This document shows, piece by piece, positions 1 through 8,989 of a DNA stretch of 64,000 nucleotides; position 1 is the first letter of the stretch; each line of letters starts with the position of its first letter. The stretch spans positions 1 to 64,000 of IMG/VR virus record IMGVR_UViG_3300035034_000924. The stretch is one strand, 5' to 3'. Under the pieces are notes generated by a model that did no database searches, was not told the origin of the DNA, and was given only the letters and a program-made list of their open reading frames with translations. The position numbers and the translations under genes are program-made. The DNA is from a virus.

Positions 1-216
1 ATGGAAGATGGAATGAGTTCGTTAGGCGAAGAATACCCAAAAGAGCAGGCGAGAGTCCGAGAGGTGCTAGGCATTTACAAAGAGATTGGCCCCGCTGGTG
101 CTTTCGGCGCTCACCACATAGAGCAAACGCTAAAAGCCGCTGATGAGGCCGCGCTGTCTGGTGATCTGACTCAGATGATTGTCGCTTTTGAAGATATGAA
201 AAGCATTACAGGCTAA
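1..216 (+). CDS. hypothetical phage protein (start may be the ATG at 13, or the gene may extend beyond the window edge)
   Basis: ORF track; first of a co-oriented run of small genes. Confidence 0.6.
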   Translation: MEDGMSSLGEEYPKEQARVREVLGIYKEIGPAGAFGAHHIEQTLKAADEAALSGDLTQMIVAFEDMKSITG

Positions 217-242
217 CCCACCCTATAGAGGGGACTATAACG

Positions 243-491
243 ATGAGACTCTTTAAATTATACCGGCGGCTACAGGGAGGATACTGGCTAAAAAGTGTTG
301 GGGTGTGGAGAAAAGTAAATAGCGAAACTTACTACCACTTCATGATGCGCGATCGTACTGATTTGGGAGGCTTCGAGCACTTCTGTCCTTTGGCTGATAC
401 AGAATTTGGCCAAAAAACTATTGGCGCAGGCACCGGTTGCTGCACAGAAACTCAACAAGAAATACTAATGAGGTTATCGAACTATGGATGA
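243..491 (+). CDS. hypothetical protein
   Basis: GAGGGG RBS upstream; stop overlaps the next start. Confidence 0.6.
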   Translation: MRLFKLYRRLQGGYWLKSVGVWRKVNSETYYHFMMRDRTDLGGFEHFCPLADTEFGQKTIGAGTGCCTETQQEILMRLSNYG

Positions 492-792
492 ATTAACTCT
501 TGAAGCCGATTTGTGGCTTTACCGTACCCGTGATGCTCTACGCAGTGCACTGCATGACTTTGGTTACTACACCTTCATGGATAAAGGCCCATCGGAAGTT
601 ATGCTTATTCACGATATTCAAACCAGCTTAAAAAAGCTGAGCCCACAAGATGCTGGTAACGCATTAACTGCCCTAGCGCGAACACCATGGGAGCAAGATG
701 CCACAAAGCACTTGGCTTACGAAATAAGTCTTGGCTTACAAGACTGGGACGAATTATTCGAACACCCAAACATTGATGAATTTTTTAGGTAA
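484..792 (+). CDS. hypothetical protein
   Basis: ORF coupled to the upstream gene. Confidence 0.6.
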   Translation: MDELTLEADLWLYRTRDALRSALHDFGYYTFMDKGPSEVMLIHDIQTSLKKLSPQDAGNALTALARTPWEQDATKHLAYEISLGLQDWDELFEHPNIDEFFR

Positions 793-810
793 CAATTATG
801 GAAAAGCTAA

Positions 811-957
811 ATGAGAGAGATAAAGTTTCGAGCATGGGACGTAACTCAGCAACAGTACGTTAGCGAATACGATACAGGGGATTACTCGCCTGTTGAGTTT
901 GACTCAAAGGGAAACGCAACACCAGAGGCTACTCGCCGGAGGGTGGCGATTTTGTAA
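811..957 (+). pseudogene. truncated YopX-like ORF (48 aa)
   Basis: Manual translation begins MREIKFRAWD, the typical YopX-family N-terminus, but stops at TAA 955-957; not in the ORF track. Confidence 0.45.
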
Positions 958-1127
958 CTGCGAATGGGATGGCATGCTGATTCGAGAAGATTGGAAAGAA
1001 GCAGAGTACTGTCACTGCCTTAAAGAGCGGGACTCTACAGGTTAGACCACAGATCTGGTTAAGGTTGCATGTCTATAGCTAGTAGGCGGATAATCCAAAA
1101 AACGAAACCGAACTGAAGAACACCATT

Positions 1128-1532
1128 ATGGAATTCAATCACCCAGCTATCAACGCAATGACACTGAGCGCACTGCTAATATCTATATGGGTAATGCTGG
1201 TTATCTTGTATAAGCCCATCAAACATCTGTACAGATACCACTTTCACAGAGAGAGTCGAGGCGTGGAGAGGCGGGTAACCGATAGGAGGACTTGCGACGG
1301 GGCAGAAGCGCACTTCTGCAGTGATTATGCAGACGTTTGCAAAAAACATAATATGCTGGTTGATTCCGGCAGAGATGGGATACCTTATGTGGCGAGAGTT
1401 GACCCAGAGCTACTGCGGCATTATCTTGGGGCTCTCGCAGATGACGTAGATACAGACGTAAAAAGGTTGGCGACCTATGGCACAGAAAAAAGAAACAAGA
1501 CAGAAAGAAGAAAAGCAGTCCGGCAAAACTAA
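1128..1532 (+). CDS. hypothetical membrane-anchored protein
   Basis: N-terminal hydrophobic helix LSALLISIWVMLVIL. Confidence 0.6.
   Translation: MEFNHPAINAMTLSALLISIWVMLVILYKPIKHLYRYHFHRESRGVERRVTDRRTCDGAEAHFCSDYADVCKKHNMLVDSGRDGIPYVARVDPELLRHYLGALADDVDTDVKRLATYGTEKRNKTERRKAVRQN
1328..1341. repeat. dispersed palindrome, 1 mismatch
   Basis: TGCAGACGTTTGCA. Confidence 0.75.
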
Positions 1533-2268
1533 GCGGCTGATCGACTGCGAACCCGTCAGGACAGTGCGGGTAATAAGGCAAGTAATATACAAGTGCTTCA
1601 ACTACGCACACTCCCACCTAGACCGCGAAAGTGCGTACAAGTGCATGTTGGTCCAAGTAAACCCTGAACAGTTTCGTAAAGCCGAAAAGAAGCAACTACC
1701 CCGAAAACTTAAGAAACTTACGATGTCTGAAGAAGAGGCTGAAGATAGCGGGGAGGTCAATTTCATCTGGCCAGATACCGGAGAACCGTCTGAGGCTGCA
1801 GAAGATACCCCGTACGAACAAACTCCTGCACCACCTAGACGCCCAAACTGGTCGCACCCTAGCCGAGTTACTTTCGTACGAGACGAAGCACCCCTGTACG
1901 GGGTCCGTATCGGCATGATGAATATTGCTATGCGGACTAGGGACAGGGTAGTAGACGTAGCGCATTACCTGAGACGCAGAGATATAGATATACCTGATCT
2001 AATCAGAGGATGGCAATACTTCTATTGTGCGGTTATCGTCAGGATACCGCACGAAACTGATCCACGGAGAGGTAGGCGTACCGTCGTTATAGGTTCTATA
2101 TGGGATTGGGAAGAAGACACCCCTTTCACGCTACCCGCGCTACGCCTAAGGGAAAACTTTTCGGGTTTCGATAACAGCCCGCAAATAGATCGACCTGAGA
2201 CCAATATTATGCGCATACCTGAAAACACTATCCGTGCAATATACGTACTCGATAGCGCTGCTGACTAG
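1477..2268 (+). CDS. hypothetical protein
   Basis: 263-aa ORF overlapping the previous gene. Confidence 0.65.
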   Translation: MAQKKETRQKEEKQSGKTKRLIDCEPVRTVRVIRQVIYKCFNYAHSHLDRESAYKCMLVQVNPEQFRKAEKKQLPRKLKKLTMSEEEAEDSGEVNFIWPDTGEPSEAAEDTPYEQTPAPPRRPNWSHPSRVTFVRDEAPLYGVRIGMMNIAMRTRDRVVDVAHYLRRRDIDIPDLIRGWQYFYCAVIVRIPHETDPRRGRRTVVIGSIWDWEEDTPFTLPALRLRENFSGFDNSPQIDRPETNIMRIPENTIRAIYVLDSAAD

Positions 2269-2277
2269 CACCCAAAC

Positions 2278-2291
2278 TGCAAACGTTTGCA
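2278..2291. repeat. dispersed palindrome, exact, intergenic
   Basis: TGCAAACGTTTGCA. Confidence 0.9.
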
Positions 2292-2309
2292 AACTAAGGA
2301 ACAGACCGA

Positions 2310-2564
2310 ATGGACCATAACGACAAGAAAGGCAATGACCAACTCAAAGCCATACACGCTATCTGGGTAGCTAGGGTAGGACTATCTGCAGCACCAGAGA
2401 CCCAGAAGCGGGAAATGAAAAAAGCATTCTACGCGGGGGCGCATACGATCTTATCGTTGTTGTTTAGCCCAAACGTAAACGAGGAAGATCTGGCGACTCT
2501 TCTAGAGAAGCTGAAAGAAGAGGCCAGCGAACATACGAAGGAATCTAAGGAGATACTGAATTGA
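2310..2564 (+). CDS. hypothetical protein
   Basis: AAGGA RBS; Q..EMKKAFYAGA motif seen in small phage proteins. Confidence 0.65.
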   Translation: MDHNDKKGNDQLKAIHAIWVARVGLSAAPETQKREMKKAFYAGAHTILSLLFSPNVNEEDLATLLEKLKEEASEHTKESKEILN

Positions 2565-3031
2565 TCGCAAAGAACGGGCAATATACCACCTACCCCGGAA
2601 ATGTGATAGAGCTAGTTGACCATGTCATCAACAATCGCAGACCTATGTACATTATCTGCCAGACACGCAATGAGCCGCCGCACCTTAGGTGGCTAGCGAA
2701 CTACTTCGATGACGTTGACTACTGGGTTCACCACGTATCATGGATGACCGAGAAAACCAGTAAAGCCAAAGACGGAGAGTGGATATCTGGCTTCCCGCAC
2801 GTTCACGACAGGGGAGCGGGGACGATAACTGCGATAACCTATCTGACCGAATGCGAAGGCGGGGAACTAGCCGTATGGAAAGAGGACGGCACTGAGATAG
2901 TTTACTCACCTAAACCGGGTCTGGTTGTGTTTACGGACGGGCAAGCCAAGCACGGCGTTAAGGCTGTTCGCGGGGGCGATCGGATGGCCATACACACAAC
3001 GGGGCATTTAGTGAAGAAAAGAAAGGTCTGA
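2561..3031 (+). CDS. 2OG-Fe(II) oxygenase family protein
   Basis: HxD (PHVHD), YL..CEGGEL, PKPG.VVF, distal H (KHGV) and R (GDRMA). Confidence 0.75.
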   Translation: MIAKNGQYTTYPGNVIELVDHVINNRRPMYIICQTRNEPPHLRWLANYFDDVDYWVHHVSWMTEKTSKAKDGEWISGFPHVHDRGAGTITAITYLTECEGGELAVWKEDGTEIVYSPKPGLVVFTDGQAKHGVKAVRGGDRMAIHTTGHLVKKRKV

Positions 3032-3035
3032 AAAA

Positions 3036-3701
3036 ATGAACTATATGGATGACTACGAAGATAAAATAAGCGAAATAAAAAATCGTAACATCGAGTACCA
3101 GATCCCAAGAAAACTTCAAGAAAGTTTCAGGGGCAAACCCTACTACGAAATGCTACTTATAATCTTCAAGTTACTAGACTCGTCTGGCATAGGAAGGGCG
3201 AGGTCGGTGGCTCTGCTTAAGGACTTGGGCAACAAACTGGATATAGTTATCCAAGAAAAAGTGGACGCAGCAATAGAACTTAGCACAGTCAAGATAAAGG
3301 GGCCTGCTGACGTCGAAGCCTACATATCTAGGCAAGTGACAAAAGCGATAGCAGCAAACGCAGACAGGCTGGAACGTAACATCGAAAAGCGACTGCGAGA
3401 AGAAATAGGCGAACAACTGCACAAAGAGTACAGGACACGCACTGCAGCTATAGAGGCCCGCTGCGAAGAAAGGTGTGAATACCTGCGTAAAATCAATACA
3501 TCCCTGACGGGTATCAACAAAAAGTTGCAAGGGGAGAATAACGTACTTCGGGATGCTTACGATCTTAAGAGAAAAAAAGGCGTGGGGATCATTAGAAAAC
3601 CCAAAGCTGCGCGGGTAGATTGGGTAAATACCTCGAAGCTAGATGATAGCTTCGACCAAAGTATCGTAGAAGAGTATTTTAAAGGGGTACACCATGAGTG
3701 A
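3036..3701 (+). CDS. hypothetical coiled-coil protein
   Basis: 221-aa ORF with heptad-like middle region. Confidence 0.65.
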   Translation: MNYMDDYEDKISEIKNRNIEYQIPRKLQESFRGKPYYEMLLIIFKLLDSSGIGRARSVALLKDLGNKLDIVIQEKVDAAIELSTVKIKGPADVEAYISRQVTKAIAANADRLERNIEKRLREEIGEQLHKEYRTRTAAIEARCEERCEYLRKINTSLTGINKKLQGENNVLRDAYDLKRKKGVGIIRKPKAARVDWVNTSKLDDSFDQSIVEEYFKGVHHE

Positions 3702-3933
3702 CTATATAGAGTTCGATTATGACAGTCTGGAGGCAGATACGTGCGAGGCGTTTCTGTTCATAACAGATTCAAACAAAGGGGATAAATTATGGGTCCCGAA
3801 AAGCGTAGTCGAACCTGTAGACAGGGAAGAGCTAGAGCACGAACTTCGTTTGGCGGAAGCTGATAACGGGATGACAGATGCGGGCTCTATTGAGATACTC
3901 GAATGGTTCGCAATTGATAAAGGGTTGGTTTGA
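3694..3933 (+). CDS. small acidic hypothetical phage protein
   Basis: AAGGGG RBS; W.PKS...I.EW.A..KGL pattern. Confidence 0.7.
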   Translation: MSDYIEFDYDSLEADTCEAFLFITDSNKGDKLWVPKSVVEPVDREELEHELRLAEADNGMTDAGSIEILEWFAIDKGLV

Positions 3934-4400
3934 TTATGGAAAGGTATTTAGTTTCGATATTGTTCGGGGCATTAGCGGCGTACGTGCTTCTTGTAATATC
4001 AGAAGTCGTAGGCGAGTACGCGTTTACCGCAATATGCGCGGGGCTTTTGTTCGGGGCATTTCTGGTAGTAATTAAAAACGTTTTTTCGGGGACACTGAGT
4101 GACCTCAGACAGGCGCACGAACAGGCTAAGCACAATGTCGAAGAAAGGCAGAAGGAAGTCGAGAGACTGCAGGGGGTTGTCCAAGGGTATCAGGCAGCAA
4201 TAGAAGCCAGCGCTAAGCTAGGAGGGTACGATGACGTCCTGTCCTATATGCGGGAAAACCCAGAAAGCCACGAATGGCTTATGATAATGGAAGAGAGTAT
4301 TTCTCGACTGTACGAGCTTGGTGCTTTAACCGACAAAGAAAGAAAGACGTTGGACATGACCCGTGTTATCGAAGAAGTGAAACGCGGCGGGCTGTTATGA
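3930..4400 (+). CDS. hypothetical protein with 2 TM helices and a coiled coil
   Basis: Two N-terminal hydrophobic helices. Confidence 0.65.
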   Translation: MIMERYLVSILFGALAAYVLLVISEVVGEYAFTAICAGLLFGAFLVVIKNVFSGTLSDLRQAHEQAKHNVEERQKEVERLQGVVQGYQAAIEASAKLGGYDDVLSYMRENPESHEWLMIMEESISRLYELGALTDKERKTLDMTRVIEEVKRGGLL

Positions 4401-4885
4401 ATATCGAAGAAGCAGTAACTAGGGGCGTGATTGAACTATGCGCCGAATGGAACGGAGGCAGACCTTTCACAGACGCATACGTGATGTCTGGCTTTGAAGG
4501 CACACTCGACCAAGCTATGGATGCACTTAGGCCATACATCGAGTTCTTAGAGGACAATGTGTCTAGGCTAGAGAACGGCATGGAAGCAATGACCGTCAAG
4601 CAGGCACTTACGGTAGTCCGCCACACTACGCCAGAAGCTCGTGAGGCGTCTTTCCGCTCTTCAAGCAACCATCATAGGGTAATACTCGAAACGCTCTCAG
4701 AAGGGCCTGTAAAGGGTATGACGGCGGAAGAGATCTCAGACAAATGCGGGCTTGACTACCACAAAGTCAATCGGCGTATGAGTGAACTGGAAAAGTCCCA
4801 GCAAATTAAACGTAGCTGCGTAGAAAGACAGCTTCGCTCCGGCAGGTATGGTGCCGTTTGGGTCTTGCAAACGTTTGCATCATGA
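4397..4885 (+). CDS. winged-HTH DNA-binding protein
   Basis: Start re-assigned to ATG 4397 (ATGA overlap); C-terminal GMTAEEIS..CGLDYHKVNRRMSELEK...R..RSGR...VW. Confidence 0.7.
   Translation: MNIEEAVTRGVIELCAEWNGGRPFTDAYVMSGFEGTLDQAMDALRPYIEFLEDNVSRLENGMEAMTVKQALTVVRHTTPEAREASFRSSSNHHRVILETLSEGPVKGMTAEEISDKCGLDYHKVNRRMSELEKSQQIKRSCVERQLRSGRYGAVWVLQTFAS
4866..4879. repeat. dispersed palindrome, exact
   Basis: TGCAAACGTTTGCA. Confidence 0.9.
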
Positions 4886-5042
4886 AATCCCACGAAGGCA
4901 GATCAATAGTTGCGGAGACGCTGGGCGAGAGCTGCCAGTACGGCGGGCCAGACTTCGACTACACCTACGACGAGAACAACATACAGAACCCTGACAGTGA
5001 TGACCCGCTAGACGAGCTTGTATGGGTTAGCAGGAAAAGAGG

Positions 5043-5234
5043 TTGGATGGCCAGCGATACTGGGACGACACAAACAAACTCCGAGACACTATAGACGATC
5101 AGATAAAAGAACGCAGAAAGCTGGAAGTCAAAATTGACGAATTGGAAGAGTACACCAAGCAACTAAAAGCACTGGCGGGCATACCCGACAGAAAACGAGT
5201 AGTAAGGACTAGGAGAGTAAGTAATGGCGAATAA
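5043..5234 (+). CDS. hypothetical coiled-coil protein
   Basis: Short ORF with Arg-rich tail, coupled to the next gene. Confidence 0.5.
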   Translation: MDGQRYWDDTNKLRDTIDDQIKERRKLEVKIDELEEYTKQLKALAGIPDRKRVVRTRRVSNGE

Positions 5235-5667
5235 AAACAACCCCACTGATAATGACTGCTACGACAAGGCAGAACTGGGCGAAGAGTATTTCGTGCTACT
5301 GGCCAGAGACGAGGCTGCCCCGCATGCGATACGAAAGTGGGTAGATACAAGGCTCATGCTAGGGCATAACGAACCGGACGATCAGCAAATCCAAGAGGCC
5401 CTCGATTGCGCTGTCAAAATGGACAACTGGCGTATAAAGAACGAAGTGCGCCTGAGCCTGAATGACGAAGAAGACAAAAAGAAAAGGCAGGCCCTGCGGG
5501 AGATTATATTGCGTAACGACCCATCAAAGGGAGCACCTTCATCTACCTTTTATGGGCTTCCGATTACCGAACTGTCTCGACAAGAACTGATGGCCATGAT
5601 CGAATGGCTTGGCGGGCAGAACCGGACTATGCGGGAACGGTATGACAACATGGCAAAAAAACTATGA
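5224..5667 (+). CDS. hypothetical phage protein
   Basis: AGGAG RBS; E..FVLLARD..AP motif. Confidence 0.75.
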   Translation: MANKNNPTDNDCYDKAELGEEYFVLLARDEAAPHAIRKWVDTRLMLGHNEPDDQQIQEALDCAVKMDNWRIKNEVRLSLNDEEDKKKRQALREIILRNDPSKGAPSSTFYGLPITELSRQELMAMIEWLGGQNRTMRERYDNMAKKL

Positions 5668-5966
5668 TCGTGGTGAAAGTAGAGATGTGGCCCGGAGGCA
5701 GCGAAAAAGGTAAGTACGAACTTTGCACCATGACCATGACCAACACGCCAAAACCGGGTGAGACAAGGTCAGCAGATCCAGCAGTTGGGGACTATGAAAT
5801 AAAGTTATTCAGAAGACCTAACGTGCATGGGCATTCGGCAGATATTAGAAAGTGGAAACCGATACGCTTCGGTACAGTTAAAAGGCACCGCCGCAGGGAT
5901 TACCATGTAATGGTGCTAGTCCGCAAAGCTCTGACATCCCTAGGCATGGACAAGTACATAGGGTAG
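5664..5966 (+). CDS. hypothetical phage protein
   Basis: ATGA overlap; MIVVKVEMWPGG N-terminus. Confidence 0.7.
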   Translation: MIVVKVEMWPGGSEKGKYELCTMTMTNTPKPGETRSADPAVGDYEIKLFRRPNVHGHSADIRKWKPIRFGTVKRHRRRDYHVMVLVRKALTSLGMDKYIG

Positions 5967-6000
5967 TATCTCTTAAGGGTAAATACATTCAGGTTGGCGC

Positions 6001-7182
6001 ATGAAAAACTTCGATAGCTACGATTTCAGCTGGGAAACGTATCGCACTGCGATAAAGCACTACAGGCACGCAATAAAACGTAACCCTGATTTCTTTGATG
6101 AAGTAGAGACTTCCGTGAAAGACTTTCATGATATGGACCTGTTCCGGTTCCTGCTACTAGAAGCGATACTAGGTACGGACACGAACGGTGTAGTAGAAAG
6201 GCATCGTATACGGAACTTCAACCCTGTGGAACCGTTCAACACGCTAGAGATGGACTTCAATAGTTTTGGTCTGGTAGGGCGGAATGCACTAGAAGTAAAA
6301 GATAGGGCACACGCAGAAAACTACTACATCAAGCACACCGATAGGCATATCATATTCCCTGAATCGGCAGACCTAGTTCAAGAGCTGATAGAAGCTAACT
6401 ACGCACTGGATGGTTTTGTTCTTGACGAGACGATAAACAGCGGGCTGATTATGATGCCGAAAGGAGCTTTAGTAGATGGGCACCAAAGACACTCCGTAGG
6501 CTTCTGTATCGCTTCCTCTTACGAACTGACTCGGGCCTTCGTAGATGATATGTGCGAATCCATTACGCCTCGGCACAGGAAAGATTTCGGCACCATTAGT
6601 GATGCGCTTTACGACGCTATAACTAAAAAGGAAGAGCAGGACGCAAGACAATTCCATGAAAAATCTCTGACACTAATGTCAGCTAACATGGCGCATACCA
6701 TAGCTGTCAAAGACATCCCAAGCGTACTGAGTACTCCAACAGACCAACTAGATGCGCAATGGGCTGAGCACTACGGCAGAAGCATACACGAGCTGGTAGA
6801 AGAGATTAAGGTCGTAATATCCATCTTGGTCTACATACAGGCGCTAGGCGAAGACGTGCTAGTTGATGGCTTCCCTAAAGGGGAGACTGTAAACAAACAA
6901 CGTTTTCGGGCACCACAATCATTATCTGGCCCGCCCAAAGCAATATGCCTTAAAGGACCCAAGCGGACAGGCAAGAAAGTGAAGGGTCACTACCGAAGGT
7001 TCCACTTCCGTACGCTCACTGACGAACGCTATTACCAAAACGAGCACGCGAACAAACCAAGAGGCTCTAGGGTTGTGTTCGTGAGTCACTCGCTTGTGGC
7101 AGCTAAGAATGTGAGCCCACATGTTCTGACAGACGGTACTGAAAACGAAAGCAAAGTAGTAGAATTAGAAAATAACGAATAG
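6001..7182 (+). CDS. hypothetical protein (393 aa)
   Basis: Long ORF; C-terminal HYRRFHFR motif. Confidence 0.75.
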   Translation: MKNFDSYDFSWETYRTAIKHYRHAIKRNPDFFDEVETSVKDFHDMDLFRFLLLEAILGTDTNGVVERHRIRNFNPVEPFNTLEMDFNSFGLVGRNALEVKDRAHAENYYIKHTDRHIIFPESADLVQELIEANYALDGFVLDETINSGLIMMPKGALVDGHQRHSVGFCIASSYELTRAFVDDMCESITPRHRKDFGTISDALYDAITKKEEQDARQFHEKSLTLMSANMAHTIAVKDIPSVLSTPTDQLDAQWAEHYGRSIHELVEEIKVVISILVYIQALGEDVLVDGFPKGETVNKQRFRAPQSLSGPPKAICLKGPKRTGKKVKGHYRRFHFRTLTDERYYQNEHANKPRGSRVVFVSHSLVAAKNVSPHVLTDGTENESKVVELENNE

Positions 7183-7193
7183 AGGTTGGCACT

Positions 7194-7442
7194 ATGAGAG
7201 TTAAGAGAAAGCACGTCCCGAGCACTTTTCAGCGCAAAGGTATAGGGGTAGGCGGGCGACCGCTTAAGCCACTGAAGGAGATGCTAAGGCAGTACTTGTC
7301 GCCTAGTTCACCTTTGTACCGAGACGCGGATCTATACAGTAACTGTATAGCTCTGGCGTACACGGAAGAGGAAATACGCTTCTGCCGTAACTTCGTAGAG
7401 AAGAAACTGGAAGAGCAGGCAACAAAGAAGTTTGCAGGGTAA
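7194..7442 (+). CDS. hypothetical protein
   Basis: GAGG RBS. Confidence 0.55.
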   Translation: MRVKRKHVPSTFQRKGIGVGGRPLKPLKEMLRQYLSPSSPLYRDADLYSNCIALAYTEEEIRFCRNFVEKKLEEQATKKFAG

Positions 7443-7444
7443 GC

Positions 7445-7509
7445 CCTGATAGGACCGACCGAGAGAGTGGTTTCATTGCCCTACACTACTTTCGGTACGT
7501 CCTATCAGG
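7445..7509. other. long imperfect intergenic hairpin
   Basis: CCTGATAGGAC(7445-55)/GTCCTATCAGG(7499-7509) outer stem plus inner ACCGAGAG/CTTTCGGT pairing. Confidence 0.7.
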
Positions 7510-7525
7510 CAACTTGTGTATCACT

Positions 7526-7554
7526 TTGCAATGAATGTATCTAAAGGCTAATAT
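7526..7554 (+). promoter_or_regulatory. sigma70-like promoter
   Basis: TTGCAA-17 nt-TAATAT; similar to the sites at 42261 and 44830. Confidence 0.6.
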
Positions 7555-7585
7555 AGTTTCAGGGCAATCAGAAAGGCACGTACCA

Positions 7586-8233
7586 ATGGACGAATATTAC
7601 AAATACGAAAACGGCGCACTAGTTGTTGTAGATGGGGTAGTCGTAGAAAAACCTAAGAAACGCCGTACGTTTGTGCGTAAGCGCAGAGATGATTCCGACC
7701 AGCACTTGGTTGACCTGCGGGCGCAGGAGATAGCCAAGGAGTATAAGGAACAATTCCAAACTGACCTAGACTTCTACCGTGAGCAGGTAAGTGAACTAGA
7801 AGTCGAACTCTACAACAAAGATATCAGGATCTCTAGCCTAAAAGAAGATATTACAACTATAGGCAAGCAGCTCACACGAGAGCGTGAAAATACGCACCGA
7901 AACATTAGCCACTTTAGTTCGGTAGACCCAGTAACTGAAATCATGAGCTTCATCAAAGACGCCTACCGAGATGGCGTGTACAACATGCTGGACAAAGTAG
8001 ATGAGCTTTACTTCCGCAACCAGCCCGCGACTGCCGGACCGTGGGGCAGCGACAATGAAGATGTCGAAGTGGTATCGGACACCGAAATCGAATTTATGAT
8101 AACAAACTACGTCTCCAGCGCTTTGCGGGACAAAGGCCTTAGCAGAGAAGTGAGACGGAAAGCTAAACGAATCGCGGAAAGTATTAAGGCGGATGAAGAA
8201 GAGACTAAAGATGAGGTAGGAGGTTCGTGGTGA
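7586..8233 (+). CDS. hypothetical coiled-coil protein
   Basis: Start re-assigned from 7535 to ATG 7586 (GAAAGG RBS, downstream of the promoter). Confidence 0.65.
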   Translation: MDEYYKYENGALVVVDGVVVEKPKKRRTFVRKRRDDSDQHLVDLRAQEIAKEYKEQFQTDLDFYREQVSELEVELYNKDIRISSLKEDITTIGKQLTRERENTHRNISHFSSVDPVTEIMSFIKDAYRDGVYNMLDKVDELYFRNQPATAGPWGSDNEDVEVVSDTEIEFMITNYVSSALRDKGLSREVRRKAKRIAESIKADEEETKDEVGGSW

Positions 8234-8523
8234 TAGACGTATGGGAACTAACCCCAAAACAGGTAGCTCAGGAATTCGAGAAGATCACAGGCAAAACCCT
8301 GTACGATACGGAGTACTTGTTCTCTATCATGGCGCTAGATTACGTGTCTGTGAATTGGTTTTCGGACACAGGGGTATGGTACGCGGATATGGGCGGTTTC
8401 AGATTCTGGCATGTTAACCTTAGTACCGCCATTGGCATGGTATACATCTACAACAGACTACGGAATCAAAGCAGTGAGCGACCAAAAAGGAAAAGAAGAG
8501 CAAGGCGCAAAGCGTCAAGTTAG
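8227..8523 (+). CDS. hypothetical protein
   Basis: GGAGG RBS; Arg-rich C-terminus. Confidence 0.65.
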   Translation: MVIDVWELTPKQVAQEFEKITGKTLYDTEYLFSIMALDYVSVNWFSDTGVWYADMGGFRFWHVNLSTAIGMVYIYNRLRNQSSERPKRKRRARRKASS

Positions 8524-8989
8524 GCGACCTAAGCGGGCAGAGGAAAAGATACCTGTAGGGACTTTGATAAAAGAGCTGACCCGCAGAGTCGAAGACATGG
8601 CCATAAAGATCGACCAGCAGTCGGATGAGATACGTGAACTACAAGCGGATAAAGAGGCACACACCCACTACATAAAAAGGTTGCTGAAACGTAACACCCT
8701 CCAAACCAGCTTATATTCATTAGCTAGGCAAAGGCTAGGCCAAGGCCAGAGTCTCAGACAGGTGGTGGATAGGTTCTTCAGTTCTTCAGAGAATGCCTCG
8801 GCGTTTGATGCGTTCACTCTAGATAGATTCTTGCAAACGTTTGCAATATCTGTTTCAGACGAAGACCCTTTAGATATAGACATAGAAAACGTAATAGAGA
8901 ACGGTGTCGAATTCGGGAGTGAAGACGAACACCCAGATCTCAGCAACCCGCTGCAAGATGTATTGGATTCAGAAGAGGACGATGGATAA
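8411..8989 (+). CDS. hypothetical coiled-coil protein (true start probably further downstream, e.g. GTG 8474)
   Basis: ORF; acidic C-terminus; TAATG junction with the next gene. Confidence 0.6.
   Translation: MLTLVPPLAWYTSTTDYGIKAVSDQKGKEEQGAKRQVRRPKRAEEKIPVGTLIKELTRRVEDMAIKIDQQSDEIRELQADKEAHTHYIKRLLKRNTLQTSLYSLARQRLGQGQSLRQVVDRFFSSSENASAFDAFTLDRFLQTFAISVSDEDPLDIDIENVIENGVEFGSEDEHPDLSNPLQDVLDSEEDDG
8831..8846. repeat. dispersed palindrome, full 16-mer
   Basis: TTGCAAACGTTTGCAA. Confidence 0.9.

Noticed and set aside
4858-5094. 78-aa ORF (possible start at ATG 4882)
   Set aside because: It may be real, but it overlaps neighbours on both sides and has no supporting motif, so it was not listed as a feature.
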